DNA from: Azolla caroliniana
Lineage: Eukaryota > Plantae > Polypodiophyta
DNA length: 64,000 bases
NCBI GenBank assembly: GCA_043228905.1
Contig: JBHGNT010000009.1
Coordinates: forward strand, 310,001 to 374,000
Direction: 5' to 3'
The notes under the pieces are model-generated. The model was not told the DNA's origin. It saw only the letters and a program-made list of their open reading frames with translations, and made no database searches. Shown here piece by piece: positions 53,801 to 64,000 of the stretch (positions are counted from its first letter, which is position 1; every line of letters begins with the position of its first letter). Position numbers and translations under genes: made by a program.

Positions 53801-54925
53801 TTTCGACATATAATATACTTGTAAGAGCTTGTTTATATCATCAAAATGGCAGTCTCTATTTTTATGAAGTTCTAGATAATGATAGGTTGTTATTAGTGGA
53901 GTAGTCTCCAATTATGTCTTCTGCTAAGCTGCTGCCAGTGCGAGTAATTGCTAGATTAGATAAAAAAATATTTATAGATCCTAATCCATTAATTGCTAAT
54001 TACTCATCTCATATGTGGGTTTTACACTCTAGCCCAATTGATGATCTGCAGTGGGATCCGTCTAATAATGGTTGGAAGATGTCCAGGTCTGACACTTCAC
54101 AAACGAAAGTTCTTCTATTCTTCACATATTCTATGGCGTTGGGTAGAAACCTTTTGTTGAATTAGATAGAGTCCGTCATGCGGGGAAAAAGTATTGGGAG
54201 GAAGGTAGTGTGTCCTCTTCTCATATGTTGAAGTTTTGGAAACAGTTGTGGTCACTTAAATGTATGAACAAGGTATTGCATTTTTTATGGTTGATGATTC
54301 ATTATGCATTCCCAGTAGGAGCTTTATTGTGGGAACCAGTGCCTGATCGATCGTGTGTGTTATGTGTGGGTTTGCATCAGAGACATTGCATCATGTTTTT
54401 TGGGAATGTGTTGCGGCCAAATGTTTTTGGTTTCATATTCTTAGGCTTTTAGGTCATAAGTATAGGTAAGCTATCTTCGCATTGGGGAACGTTGGCTCAA
54501 CAAACGGTTTTTTATCATCATCATAATTCTTTGTTGACTTTACATGTGAAAAGCTTTTAGGTGTACGCTACTTCAAGCTCTTTGTAGGGAATCAAGTTCT
54601 TCTCTCAATGTTATGTTTGGAAGATTATTTCCTCTTTAGCCTTATGGATTATTTGGAGAGCGAGGTGTTCCAAAAAATATAATGCGGAACAAACTAATGT
54701 TGTGGATCAAGTTAAGTCTTTCTGGGAATTATTGGTAAATACGGTTAAAGGGGAATTGTTACAAGGGTTATGGAACTATAACTAACTGGAAAAGAAGGAG
54801 AATTTGAAGAGTCTGGTCAGCTATTCCTATTATGTTGGATGCAGGTGATGATGTTAATTGGAACTATGTTCCACCTCGTTGGTTGTTTCCGCCACCGACA
54901 CCGTTCTTATTGCATACAACATGAC
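50830..54925 (+). mobile_element. L1-clade LINE ORF2 pseudogene (endonuclease, RT, zf-RVT)
   Basis: NIYAPN, AGDFN, SRLD, WRPITLLNVIYKILAK, LDFEKAYDRV, SVRQGYPLAP, FTDD, RYLG, LSLAGRVVV, FWKQLW and LWIIWRARC, with many stops and frameshifts. Confidence 0.92.
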
Positions 54926-55059
54926 TTAAGATGGAGGTCAACATTAATTAGTACTCCTTATTGATCAATATTGGTCGATTTGGTGAGACGGTCGAAGATT
55001 CCGGTGTTAATCAGAGAGACGATTAATGTGAATAATGTAGAATATCTCCTATTTTTGAT

Positions 55060-55620
55060 AAGGATGAGTGAAGATGGTGGTAAAGGCTGAAGCATATTTT
55101 CATGAGGGGATGAGGAGAGTAGACTCATTCTGTTTTTTGTCTATACAAGATTTTGTTGGTAAATGGAGAGACGATGGTTGATGTGGAAAACGAAGCAATT
55201 TTCAACTGTTCACAAGGATGAGTGACGATGGTGTCGGGGGATGAAGCATGAGGGGATCAAGAGAGTAGTCTCATTTTGTTTTTTGTAGGTACAAGACCTT
55301 CGTGGTATACAACGAGATGGTTGATGTGGTCACTAAAGCAAATTTTCTATTTAAATTGTAAGGATGAGTGATGGTGGTGTCCGCGGTTGAAGCAAAATTT
55401 CATGAGGGGATGAGGACAACATATTCGCTCTATTTTTGTTTGTGTAGGACTTTGGTGGTAAAAGAAGAGACGGTTGATGTGGAAAACAAAGCACATTTTC
55501 GATTTTTTTCAAGGGTGAGTGACGATGGTGTCGAGGGATGAAGCTGAATTTCATGTGGGGATTAGGAGAGTAGTGTCATAATGTTTTTGGTATGTACGGG
55601 AATTTGCTGGTCTACAACAC
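55060..55620. repeat. ~150-bp degenerate tandem repeat, ~4 copies, downstream of gag
   Basis: aaggatgagtga.gatggtg...gaagca...tttcatgagggg...ggttgatgtgg.aaac.aagca recurs at ~55061, 55215, 55360 and 55511. Confidence 0.85.
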
Positions 55621-55766
55621 ATTGGAATATATTGATTGATTCCAGTTGTTGGAAGTCATTTGCAAAGTTTGCATCACATTGCTAGCTTGCTTAGAGGAAA
55701 TGGAACCACTAATGGGTTGCACAGATCTAGGGTTGTCCAACCAAACAACTCCTATTTTGGTTGGAC

Positions 55767-56747
55767 TTAATCGTTTAACTCTTCTTCTAGTTGACTAAGG
55801 ATTTCAAATTTGTTTGAAAGGCTTGGGCTATTAGGACTATCAGACACACCTAGAGGAATAGACTCGGGTTTAATACTATTAGTACTAACGGTTATTTGAT
55901 TTACCTGCCTTTTCAGCCAATGGGGGCAGTTCACTGCAATATGCCTCGGTCCACCACAATAAAGACATAATCGATTTGCTCTGCATCGCTGCTTTTCTTC
56001 TTCCGATAGTGGTCCGCGGCGACGTGTGGTGTCGATTTCCATTGGAGTCGGAGAATTTGTTGGAGACGTATTGAATGACTCCCTTGGGAAAGGCTTTGCT
56101 ACGATTGAAGCGTAGGTGGGCTCCGATCTTGTCCGTGGCATTTGGAACTGACGTTCCGAATGTCGTTCGAAGAGGCGATTATCGCATCGCACCGCACAAC
56201 TGATTGCTTTTGTCAATGACTTTGGCTCCTCGGGGAAAGTTAAGAGTAAATCTTTAACACCATTACATAGGCCAAAACGAAATTGCTCCATTAGTGTTTG
56301 GTCATCCCAGGGAATATCGGTGGCGAGAAGACGGAAATCCGCAGCATAAGCTGAGGTCGGCCGCTCACCTTGGCGCAATCTTCACATTTTGTTGATTGTT
56401 GTTCTAACACTGTCGGTATCTCCAAAACAAGCTTTAAACTTGGTAATAAACTCTTCGAAATTATTTAACAAGGGAGAGTTTTTTTCTAACAGGGGGGCAA
56501 ACCATGCCAAAGTCGTGCCACTAAGTAGAGTGCTTACTAGTCCCAGTCGTGATGCATCGGTGGGATATCGAGAAGGATGCATTTGAATGACTAATCGTAC
56601 CTGATTAAGGAATCCTCTAAACTGCGATCGTGTTCCATCGAATTTCATGGGAAGGCCAATCTTGGGTTCTTTATGAATCCCTTGCGTACTGGGTCCTTGT
56701 TGTTGCATCACTACTAAGGTTGCTTCGAGTTGTTGCACGCGTACCAC
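55767..56747 (-). pseudogene. Ty3/Gypsy gag (chromovirus Tcn1/Tf1-like) with an in-frame stop at 56379-56381
   Basis: PMKFDG, LLSGTTLAW, LRQG, PTPMEID and zinc knuckle LCLYCGGPRHIAVNCP. Confidence 0.88.
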
Positions 56748-57005
56748 TAGCTCCCCATGCTATTGTTGTGTCTGCTGCTTTTCTAAGGAGATTGGTTGAA
56801 GATCCCCCAACAACCATTGATTTTCTTGTTCCAAAGCAAGGAACTTCTCTTTCAAGCATTGCAGCTCTGAGAAAACGGATTGATATTCTTGAGCGCTAAC
56901 AATGGTCATAGTATGAGAGAAAAGAGGAATAAGATATTAGTATGAAGGGAGAGAGAAGTAAGAAGATAAGGGAAGAGAAGGAAGGAGAGAAAAATTGGTT
57001 CAAAC

Positions 57006-57456
57006 TGTCAGGAGCACTACTAAGACAGAGAAGTACTATCAAGAACAGTACTAAAACAGAGAAGGAATTAGTACTAAAAGATGAGCATTAGTACTAAGGG
57101 AGGTGTAGAACTCTCGAGAGAAGGAGAGAGTGAGTGAGTGAGAGAGAGAAAATGAAGATCACAAAAGATATATATTATGTTAAGGGAATATACAATAGTA
57201 GCTAGGAGGCTTAAGATTGGCGTTGAACCGATTTGGTTCGATATAATGTCAGGCCCTTGTGCCTCCTTTTATAGTGTTCTCAGGAGTACTCCTAAAGTTT
57301 CTAGAATGTTCCAGAGAAATTTGGAATATACATTAATTTTCTAGAGTAAAACCTAATGAAAATAATATCCTTTATATTACAACATATAGTCTAATGGTCA
57401 AGAGCTTGAACCATGTAACATAAGGTCATGGGTTCAAGTATTGCCATATTATGACA
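57006..57456 (-). mobile_element. 5' LTR (451 bp) of the Gypsy element, inserted in a LINE RT
   Basis: TGTCA...TGACA termini and TATA at ~57273 (minus). It interrupts the LINE frame right after GVKQGCPL. Confidence 0.88.
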
Positions 57457-59329
57457 GTGGACATCCTTGCTTGACCCCCATGTTACTTAAGAAGTGCTTT
57501 GAGAACCCACTATCCATTTTTAGTTGGCATTTAACTTGTTCATATAGGCGTGCAACCGCAACTTGGTACGCTAATGGCATCATGTCAATGTCTACCATTC
57601 TATTCCAAAGCTCACTTTGTGGTACAATATCAAAAGCTTTCTTGAAATCAACAAAACAACAATAAAGTGTTTTTCCTTGTAGTCGACTCTCTTCCATGAT
57701 TACTCTTAATGTGACCAAATGATCCACGGTGGAGTGTTTTGGTCTAAATCTGGCTTGCCCAAGTGCTCTTTTGCTTGTACTCTCAGCCCATATGCTTATC
57801 TTTTGCTCCATAATAGTGCTATATAATCTAGCAATAGTTGAGCTCACCATTATTGTACCATAATTTGATACTTGATTCCTATCTCTGGCTTTAAATATTG
57901 GTTTAATCCAATTCATATGCCAATCATTTGGAAATCCTTGTTTTATAGCTTGCTCTAAAATTGTCATTATCCAACGATCAGTGTGTGGCATTGTCTATTT
58001 TAAAAGCTCACTTGAGACGTAGGTTGAATCTACTGCTTTCCCACTTGCCATCTTCTTTATTCCCTTATTGACATCATCAATATCGATACATGTAGTGCAT
58101 GGAGTTTCAATTTTCTCAACCATAGGAGTCACACCTTCATGCATATATAACCTTTGTACATAGTCTAGCATCTCTTCATTTGTAAAGTGACCTTTCACAT
58201 CTTCTTTCTTACCCTTGAGTTGTCCCCATGCTAATTTTGGTTTGAGCTTAAACAAGTTTTTCTTTTTCATCTCTTGCATTTGGAAATATCTTCTTTTCTT
58301 TCTCCTCACTACTTTCTTGTATATGTGCCATGCAACAATTTTTTCATTTCCCCCTTCTATGGACTTAAACCATTTGAGATACATCTTACATTCATCGTCG
58401 AACCAAGAATTACATGGAAAACTACACACCTTATGCTCACCCACATGTCTCTTAAAGCATTGATATCCAACCTTAAGGATTATATCCTTCAAATGTTGCC
58501 AATTTTCTTTAACATCGAGAAAAATTTAACAAATGGTTCTCCACTTCCTTTGCATACATCTTAGCTTTTTCGTAGCACAGTCGGATGATACATCTCTTTT
58601 CGTCTTTCACTCCACGACATCTAGTGGAATGTGGAATTGCAAGCTCTAAGTACAATGGCTTGTGGTCTGAGTCCGGAGATAGAGAACCAACTTTAAACAC
58701 ATTGCTTTTTGCCAACCCTATGTGCGGCATATACAATAACATCTCACATAGCAAAGTGATCTTCAAAGAATTTCATAAATATTTTGTCCAAGAGATAATG
58801 CATTCTCTATTTCATTCTCTTGCATACCTCTAATGACAATATTATTCTTTCTTCTTTCGATTTCATATTGCTCCTTTGCATCTAACACATCCATGGTATT
58901 AGAATGTCTTTGCGTGATTTTTGGTGTTTCTTTCAAGAGAACATCTTTCCACCTTGTCATGATCACATCTTCCTTCCCTTCAATTGTAGATTTTATTTCG
59001 GCATTTGCTTTCACTAAAATCTCTTTTTCTGCTTCAAGACTCAACATTTTTCTTTCTATTTCAGGCATCCTATTATCTTGCATTTGAATAGTCATGTTCT
59101 TCATTGCATGTAGTTCTTCACGCAAAGCTTTAATCTCTAACTTTTGCATTTCCAGTGTATGTTGAAGAGTTAATTCCCTCTCCTTGCAAGCATACATTTC
59201 GCTTTGCATATGCATCACTGTCTCTTGCAATGAGATATACATAGTTGCGATCTTTTCCATTGACAAAGTATGCATTTTATTGTTTGGGCTTTCAATCACA
59301 TCATCATTGGCTTTTACTCCTCTTGGCAT
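57457..59329 (-). mobile_element. LINE (RTEX/CR1-like): ORF1, truncated endonuclease and RT N-terminal half
   Basis: ORF1 coiled coil with ERRKNNIVIRG; SDHKPL; WFDDEC; PIFK..D, QARFR, CFVDFKKAFD and GVKQGCPLS. Confidence 0.88.
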
Positions 59330-59346
59330 ATTTACTATTAATAAAA

Positions 59347-62310
59347 TGATATAAGAAGTAGAATGTACCTTTAAATCGATTTAGGGTTTCAAAATGAGAA
59401 CGTAAGTGTTTGCGGAAGCGTAAAACAGAGAACAACACACACACACAGAGACAGAGAGAGAGTGAGAGAGACAGAGAGAGCAGAACACAATTTCAAAATT
59501 ATATCAAAACTCTGTACACACACTGTGCTAAGTAGCACTATTTATACAAGTCCTCTTGGGACTGACAGAAGTACCATGTACTTCAATGCTCACACGAGCA
59601 TCTAACACTTACTACGAGACTATAGCTACCTAGTAGTCTATCCTATACTAGGCTTCCGATTGGACTTCCGGTTACGGATTGCACCCGGCCTCCACTGCTT
59701 GCCGGTTCGGTTGCTCACCGTACTACCGATCCGTTTCGCCCGATCCGTCTCGCTTACCGGCTCCGGCTTATTCAGCCGATCCAGCTACGGTTGAGCTTGC
59801 CGCTCAACACTCCCCCTCAAGCTCAACCTGAGGTGGGGTCGTAGTGTCAACCTCTGTGGCAGTCGGTTCTTCCAACCGACTTCTCCTGGCGTCACTCCAC
59901 CTTGCTCGCGCTCCTCGTCCAGTCCGGTCCCGTTTGCCGCGACCCCTTTGGTTCTGCGCGCCTCGACCCTCTCGGTCGGCATGTCTGCCCAATAGGCCCA
60001 TCTCAGCACTCACGTTGTTGTGACTTCGGCACTTGCCGATCCATCGGTTCTCCCACGATGGCATCGACTTCCGCTGTGACCGTGTCCCATTGGCCTTCAG
60101 TCGATCCGACTCGTCCAGATCCATCTGTTGATCCGAGTCAGCTGTCTCCGACTCGTTCCAGCTCTTGTCCGAATCGGTACTCTCCGATTCGACTTCCGGC
60201 TTCAGGCCTCTCACCACATTGGACCACTTCCGAGTCTTGGCCTTCTCCATGCTTCCCTCAGCTTCTTCAGCCGGTGAACCGAAATCGAATTCTCCATTCG
60301 ACTCCGCATCATGGTCAGTACTGTTACCTCGTACGAGATGTACGGAGAGTCAAGTGTGATGAGCGAGGGTCGAATGTTATCATAATGCTGTTGTGTATGT
60401 GTAGGGGGCATAAATGTAATTGTGAGTCGATACGTATGTGAACACATGCACATGTGTGTGCATGTGGATGGATATGAGGAGGTATGAGTGAGTGTCCAGT
60501 ATGAATGCTCTAGGGGGTTTACACCCCTTTGTATCTACCCCCTCTTGTACTATTTAACCCCCTTATGGGGAATGAATGAAAAATGAATCATTTCTCTCTA
60601 TCTATCTCTCTTTTCATCTCTCTCTCTCTCTCTCTTCCCTCCCCTTAACGTTGAACCCCCTTGGGAGGGGGGTGGAGCCATTCTAGGCACCACCCCCCAC
60701 CCCGCAATGCTTCTCAATGCACATGATCTCTCTCGCCATCAATCCCATACTCTCCATCATCATCATAACCACCATGTCTATCTTTATCATGATTATCATC
60801 GTCCTTAACCCTAGCCCTAAAACATACAACACCTTTTGGCGACCACTATGGCGACCCCCCTTTGGAGACGGAGTCGAAGAATGATACGCGATAATGTGAG
60901 GCATAGTGATGATGATATGTAAGAGATGTCCGGGTAATGATGGCGATATGCAGCAAAAGGCGGAAGAAATCAGAAATGGAAGATTGACAAGATTGACTAC
61001 TGCACAATTCTACAACAAATTAATCTCTATATGTGAATGTTTTGTGTGGTCTATTTTTGCCCTAAATGTCCGAGAAATGTTGGCCAAGATGTACAAAAAC
61101 GGTGTCAATGCATGAGAGGAAGTTGCAAAACAAGTTGCAAAAGGATGGCATTACATGAGTGTGCGAGAATGGAAATGACAATGTGCAAATGTGCGGTTAG
61201 CAGCAACGTGTGCATGTTCCAAGGAGACTGCGGAGGAAGACGCAATGTGTGGAGCGTGGGCCAGCAAGATGTGCGGGATCGGAAAAAGTTGGAACCAGAA
61301 CAAGAGTTGGTTGGCACCGAAGCGGCCATAATGGCCGGGCGGTCGTCAGAGTAGACAAAGCCGAAACAGCAACAGTGACGCCGAAAAGCGACGGACGGAG
61401 AGACAACCGTCAGATATCAACGGCTGACAATCGGATGACGACTGAACAGACCGGCCACGCGACTGCAGACCGGCCGGATAGGGCCGACGAAGATGAGAGA
61501 GGCTTCAGGAACGGTCATCACCAACCGACAGCAGTCGGAGCGGCCGGAGGGCCGGACAAGGTCAGGGAAGCAAACAGGCCGCCAGGATGACGGACGGTGT
61601 CGGACGACGACGAAACCGACATAGACAGTGATGGAGTCCGTAACGGAGGCAGCCGGAGCAACCGAGAGCCGAGGAGCGGCCAAAGCGACCGGAATAGCCG
61701 ACCAGTGGCCGGAGTGGCCAGATAGGCCCAAACAGAGACGGAACCGGCCAGAGCGATGGCGGTGGCTGAACAATCGACGACCGGATCGGAGATGACGCTG
61801 AAACGAAGGGCCAAACAGACACACACAACAACAAACGAGGCATAGATGGACAGAGACGACAACCGGTCGGAAGGAGATACACCAATATGTAGATGGAGAC
61901 AACCGCGGATGCAGGACCAGAAGGACAAGCAATCAAAGAGCAGTCGGAACAACGATGATGACGGCAAAACAAGGGCAGCCACCGGAAAGGAGCCGGTTGC
62001 GGTCGAGGCGGCTGAAATGCACAGAAATGGCCGAAATGCAGCCGGAATGGTCGGAGTGGCTGAAATGCGCCCAGAAAGGCTGGACAACTGACGCCAAAAC
62101 AACGGGCCGGATAGTATCGGCGACAGATAGAGGAGCGACGACAACCAACGGTCACAAGTGGCCGGTAGACGACAGAGACAAAGAAATGGAGATAGTGACG
62201 GAGAGACCATGGAATGAGAGAAGGAACTAGAACACACAGAGAAGAAAGTAGAGAGTATAGAAGAGAAGGCAGAGAAGGCTTAAGACAGAGGATGGAGAAA
62301 AATGAGCAAG
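59347..62310 (-). mobile_element. Copia-type LTR element: 3' LTR 59347-59809, PPT 59810-59822, GC-rich non-coding internal region
   Basis: Minus strand reads AGCTTGAGGGGGAG then TGTTG; the LTR ends ...TATCA. No gag/pol motifs recognised internally. Cut at 62311 by the TIR element. Confidence 0.7.
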
Positions 62311-64000
62311 AACACGTTCGCGTTCACAAGTGGAAGGATTGCGCATTCCACTTGTAGAATCTTCTTAAAATGAAGCAAATACACCCTCTCTACAAAAATT
62401 GGATGCACTAGTATCACATGTTCCTCAACTTGATGAGAATTTGCAAATATAAAAATACATGATAGATCTACGAGTGGAGATCATTAGAAATCATGCAAGT
62501 TTAGACATGTTGATAAGTTAATGTAGGCATAATAAAGTTCAACTATGGCTCAATATGGCACTACTGTGCGACAAGGGAAACACTAACTTAAAGACTTATA
62601 TTAATTAGGTAAGTTTTACAAAAATATGAGGTGTACTTGTATCCATACTAATAAAATGAGATATAATTTATACTTTGACCCATACGTGCATGTATGTAAT
62701 TGTGGAAAATGTAGGATAGTGCACATTAGGATAAGTGATTGGAATAACTAACTTATTAAAGTATTCAATACTTGTATTTAAAGTTGATCTAATTTATTCC
62801 TCAGTTTGTTCATATGAGATCAAACCATATGTGTATATAATTGTGCACAATGTAAGGCAGTGAACTTTAGGATAATGTCGTGGAAATAACAAACCTATTA
62901 GGCTTTCATACTTGTATTTAAAATTGGTCTACTCTATTGCTTAGGTGATTCACACAAGATCAAACTCCGAACGATAACGCATCTGGAACCATTATCAACA
63001 CACTACACAATCTAAGCAGCAATGGAATAGAAACATAATAGTTTTAACAATAGAAGACAAAGATCCATAATAACAACATGGACAGTCATGGCAACAATTA
63101 TAGGGCCATGTTCTGTTAAGGTTAGCTTGGACCAAAATCAGCCTCCATTTAAACTAGTTCATGTTTCTCCATAAGTTTGGTAGTCAACTATGCACGCGGT
63201 GAAACCAATGTCATAAATCTACTAATCAAGTATATAAAAATAAAATTGAAACATATAGAAGATTATAAAGAATAGAATCCACTAGGTAAAACCCAATATT
63301 TGTATTAATAATGTGAAATCTTAACAAATCGTCAGTGTCATATTCTTCATAGAGTCTATTACATAGCAATCAATTCATCAACGTCATTTTCTTCATCATC
63401 TTGTGTAGAACTGTCTTCGGCTATACGTGCATTGGTTTCCCCTGTTAGCCGAGCCAACGAAATATCTTCTATAAGCTCATCATCAAGCTCTATTAGCTCC
63501 CCCGGTTCGCCGGCTAACGGAGGAATAGGCTCTCGCGAAGCAGGTTGAAACCTTTCTGTATTGGCGAGGTTCTTTGCACCGACCTCCTCATCCTGGTCTG
63601 GGCACTCCCACAAAGCCTTAATCCGCATATTAATAAATATAACTTGGTCCTCGTCCTTCTCCAATGCAACTGTATTTCTAAACAGCTTCAATGCACATGC
63701 TGACGTAGTTCTTGTGATGTAAGTAACAAGAAGATTTAGTTGTCAAACGAAGAAAAAGTGATTAGTTATCTCAAGATCGTTACCCTAGTTCGAGAAATAC
63801 CTGTGCCAGAAAAGAGATCTAATATCCAGTCTCCTTCGACAGAAAACATCTCGATCAAGCGCATCATAAGTCGTTGAGGTTTTTGGTATGGGTTGACAAG
63901 TCCCCGTTCTGTCGTGGTGACATGTCGCAATTTCCGAGTCACTGCTGGATATACCAACAGATTTGAACCTCCCACTTCATTAGAATGCTCTTTGATTCTC
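62311..64000. mobile_element. TIR DNA transposon of the same family as 46135-50462, extending past the window and carrying an MTase gene
   Basis: Terminus aacacgttcgcgttcacaagtggaaggattgcgcattccacttgtaga and subterminal actagtatcacatgtt. Composition switches abruptly from GC-rich to AT-rich here. Confidence 0.85.
63359..64000 (-). CDS. Beta-class amino-DNA methyltransferase (N6_N4_Mtase-like), 3' part; exons >64000-63801 and 63711-63359
   Basis: Joined translation is NPYQKPQRLMMRLIEMFSVEGDWILDLFSGTG|TTSACALKLFRNTVALEKDEDQVIFINMRI. This matches the HPxQKP...GDxVLDPFxGSGTT...LGR..IGIE pattern (motifs X, I and II), followed by an acidic tail. Confidence 0.85.

Noticed and set aside
50760-57460. 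Idea that the LINE pieces at 45500-50825 and 57457-59329 are one element split by nested insertions
   Set aside because: Both pieces contain the same FSKxxLSNxGxK segment with different sequence, so they are separate copies.
60505-60690. Possible small MITE with G/C-run ends
   Set aside because: No convincing TIR pair or TSD.
61210-62237. Several overlapping 120-240 aa ORFs
   Set aside because: Stop-poor GC-rich low-complexity TE interior with no recognisable domain.
63359-64000. Bacterial contamination as the source of the MTase
   Set aside because: The gene has a spliceosomal-type intron and lies inside a TIR family that is also inserted in a plant LINE in this window.

Overview
Repeat-rich plant nuclear DNA. 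It is probably a non-seed land plant such as a fern, inferred from GT-AG introns, the plant gene families, a plant U6 copy and a Tcn1/Tf1-type Gypsy. Five host genes can be read: an intronless RAY1-like GT77 arabinofuranosyltransferase (+), a 5-exon clade-E PP2C (-), a 5-exon GDSL lipase (+), an 8-exon hnRNP Q/R-like RRM protein (+) and a 6-exon divergent DHAR (+). There is also a truncated U6 snRNA copy. The rest is nested TE debris: RTEX/CR1-like and L1 LINEs, Copia and Gypsy LTR elements, and two Mutator-type MITEs with 9-bp TSDs. The main observation is a TIR DNA-transposon family with AACACG... ends and a 4-bp TSD. It occurs once as a complete non-autonomous copy (46135-50462) and once as a copy starting at 62311. 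The second copy carries an intron-containing gene for a bacterial-type beta-class amino (N4-cytosine/N6-adenine) DNA methyltransferase, whose 5' part runs off the window. All protein-family calls come from motif recognition by eye; no database search was run.
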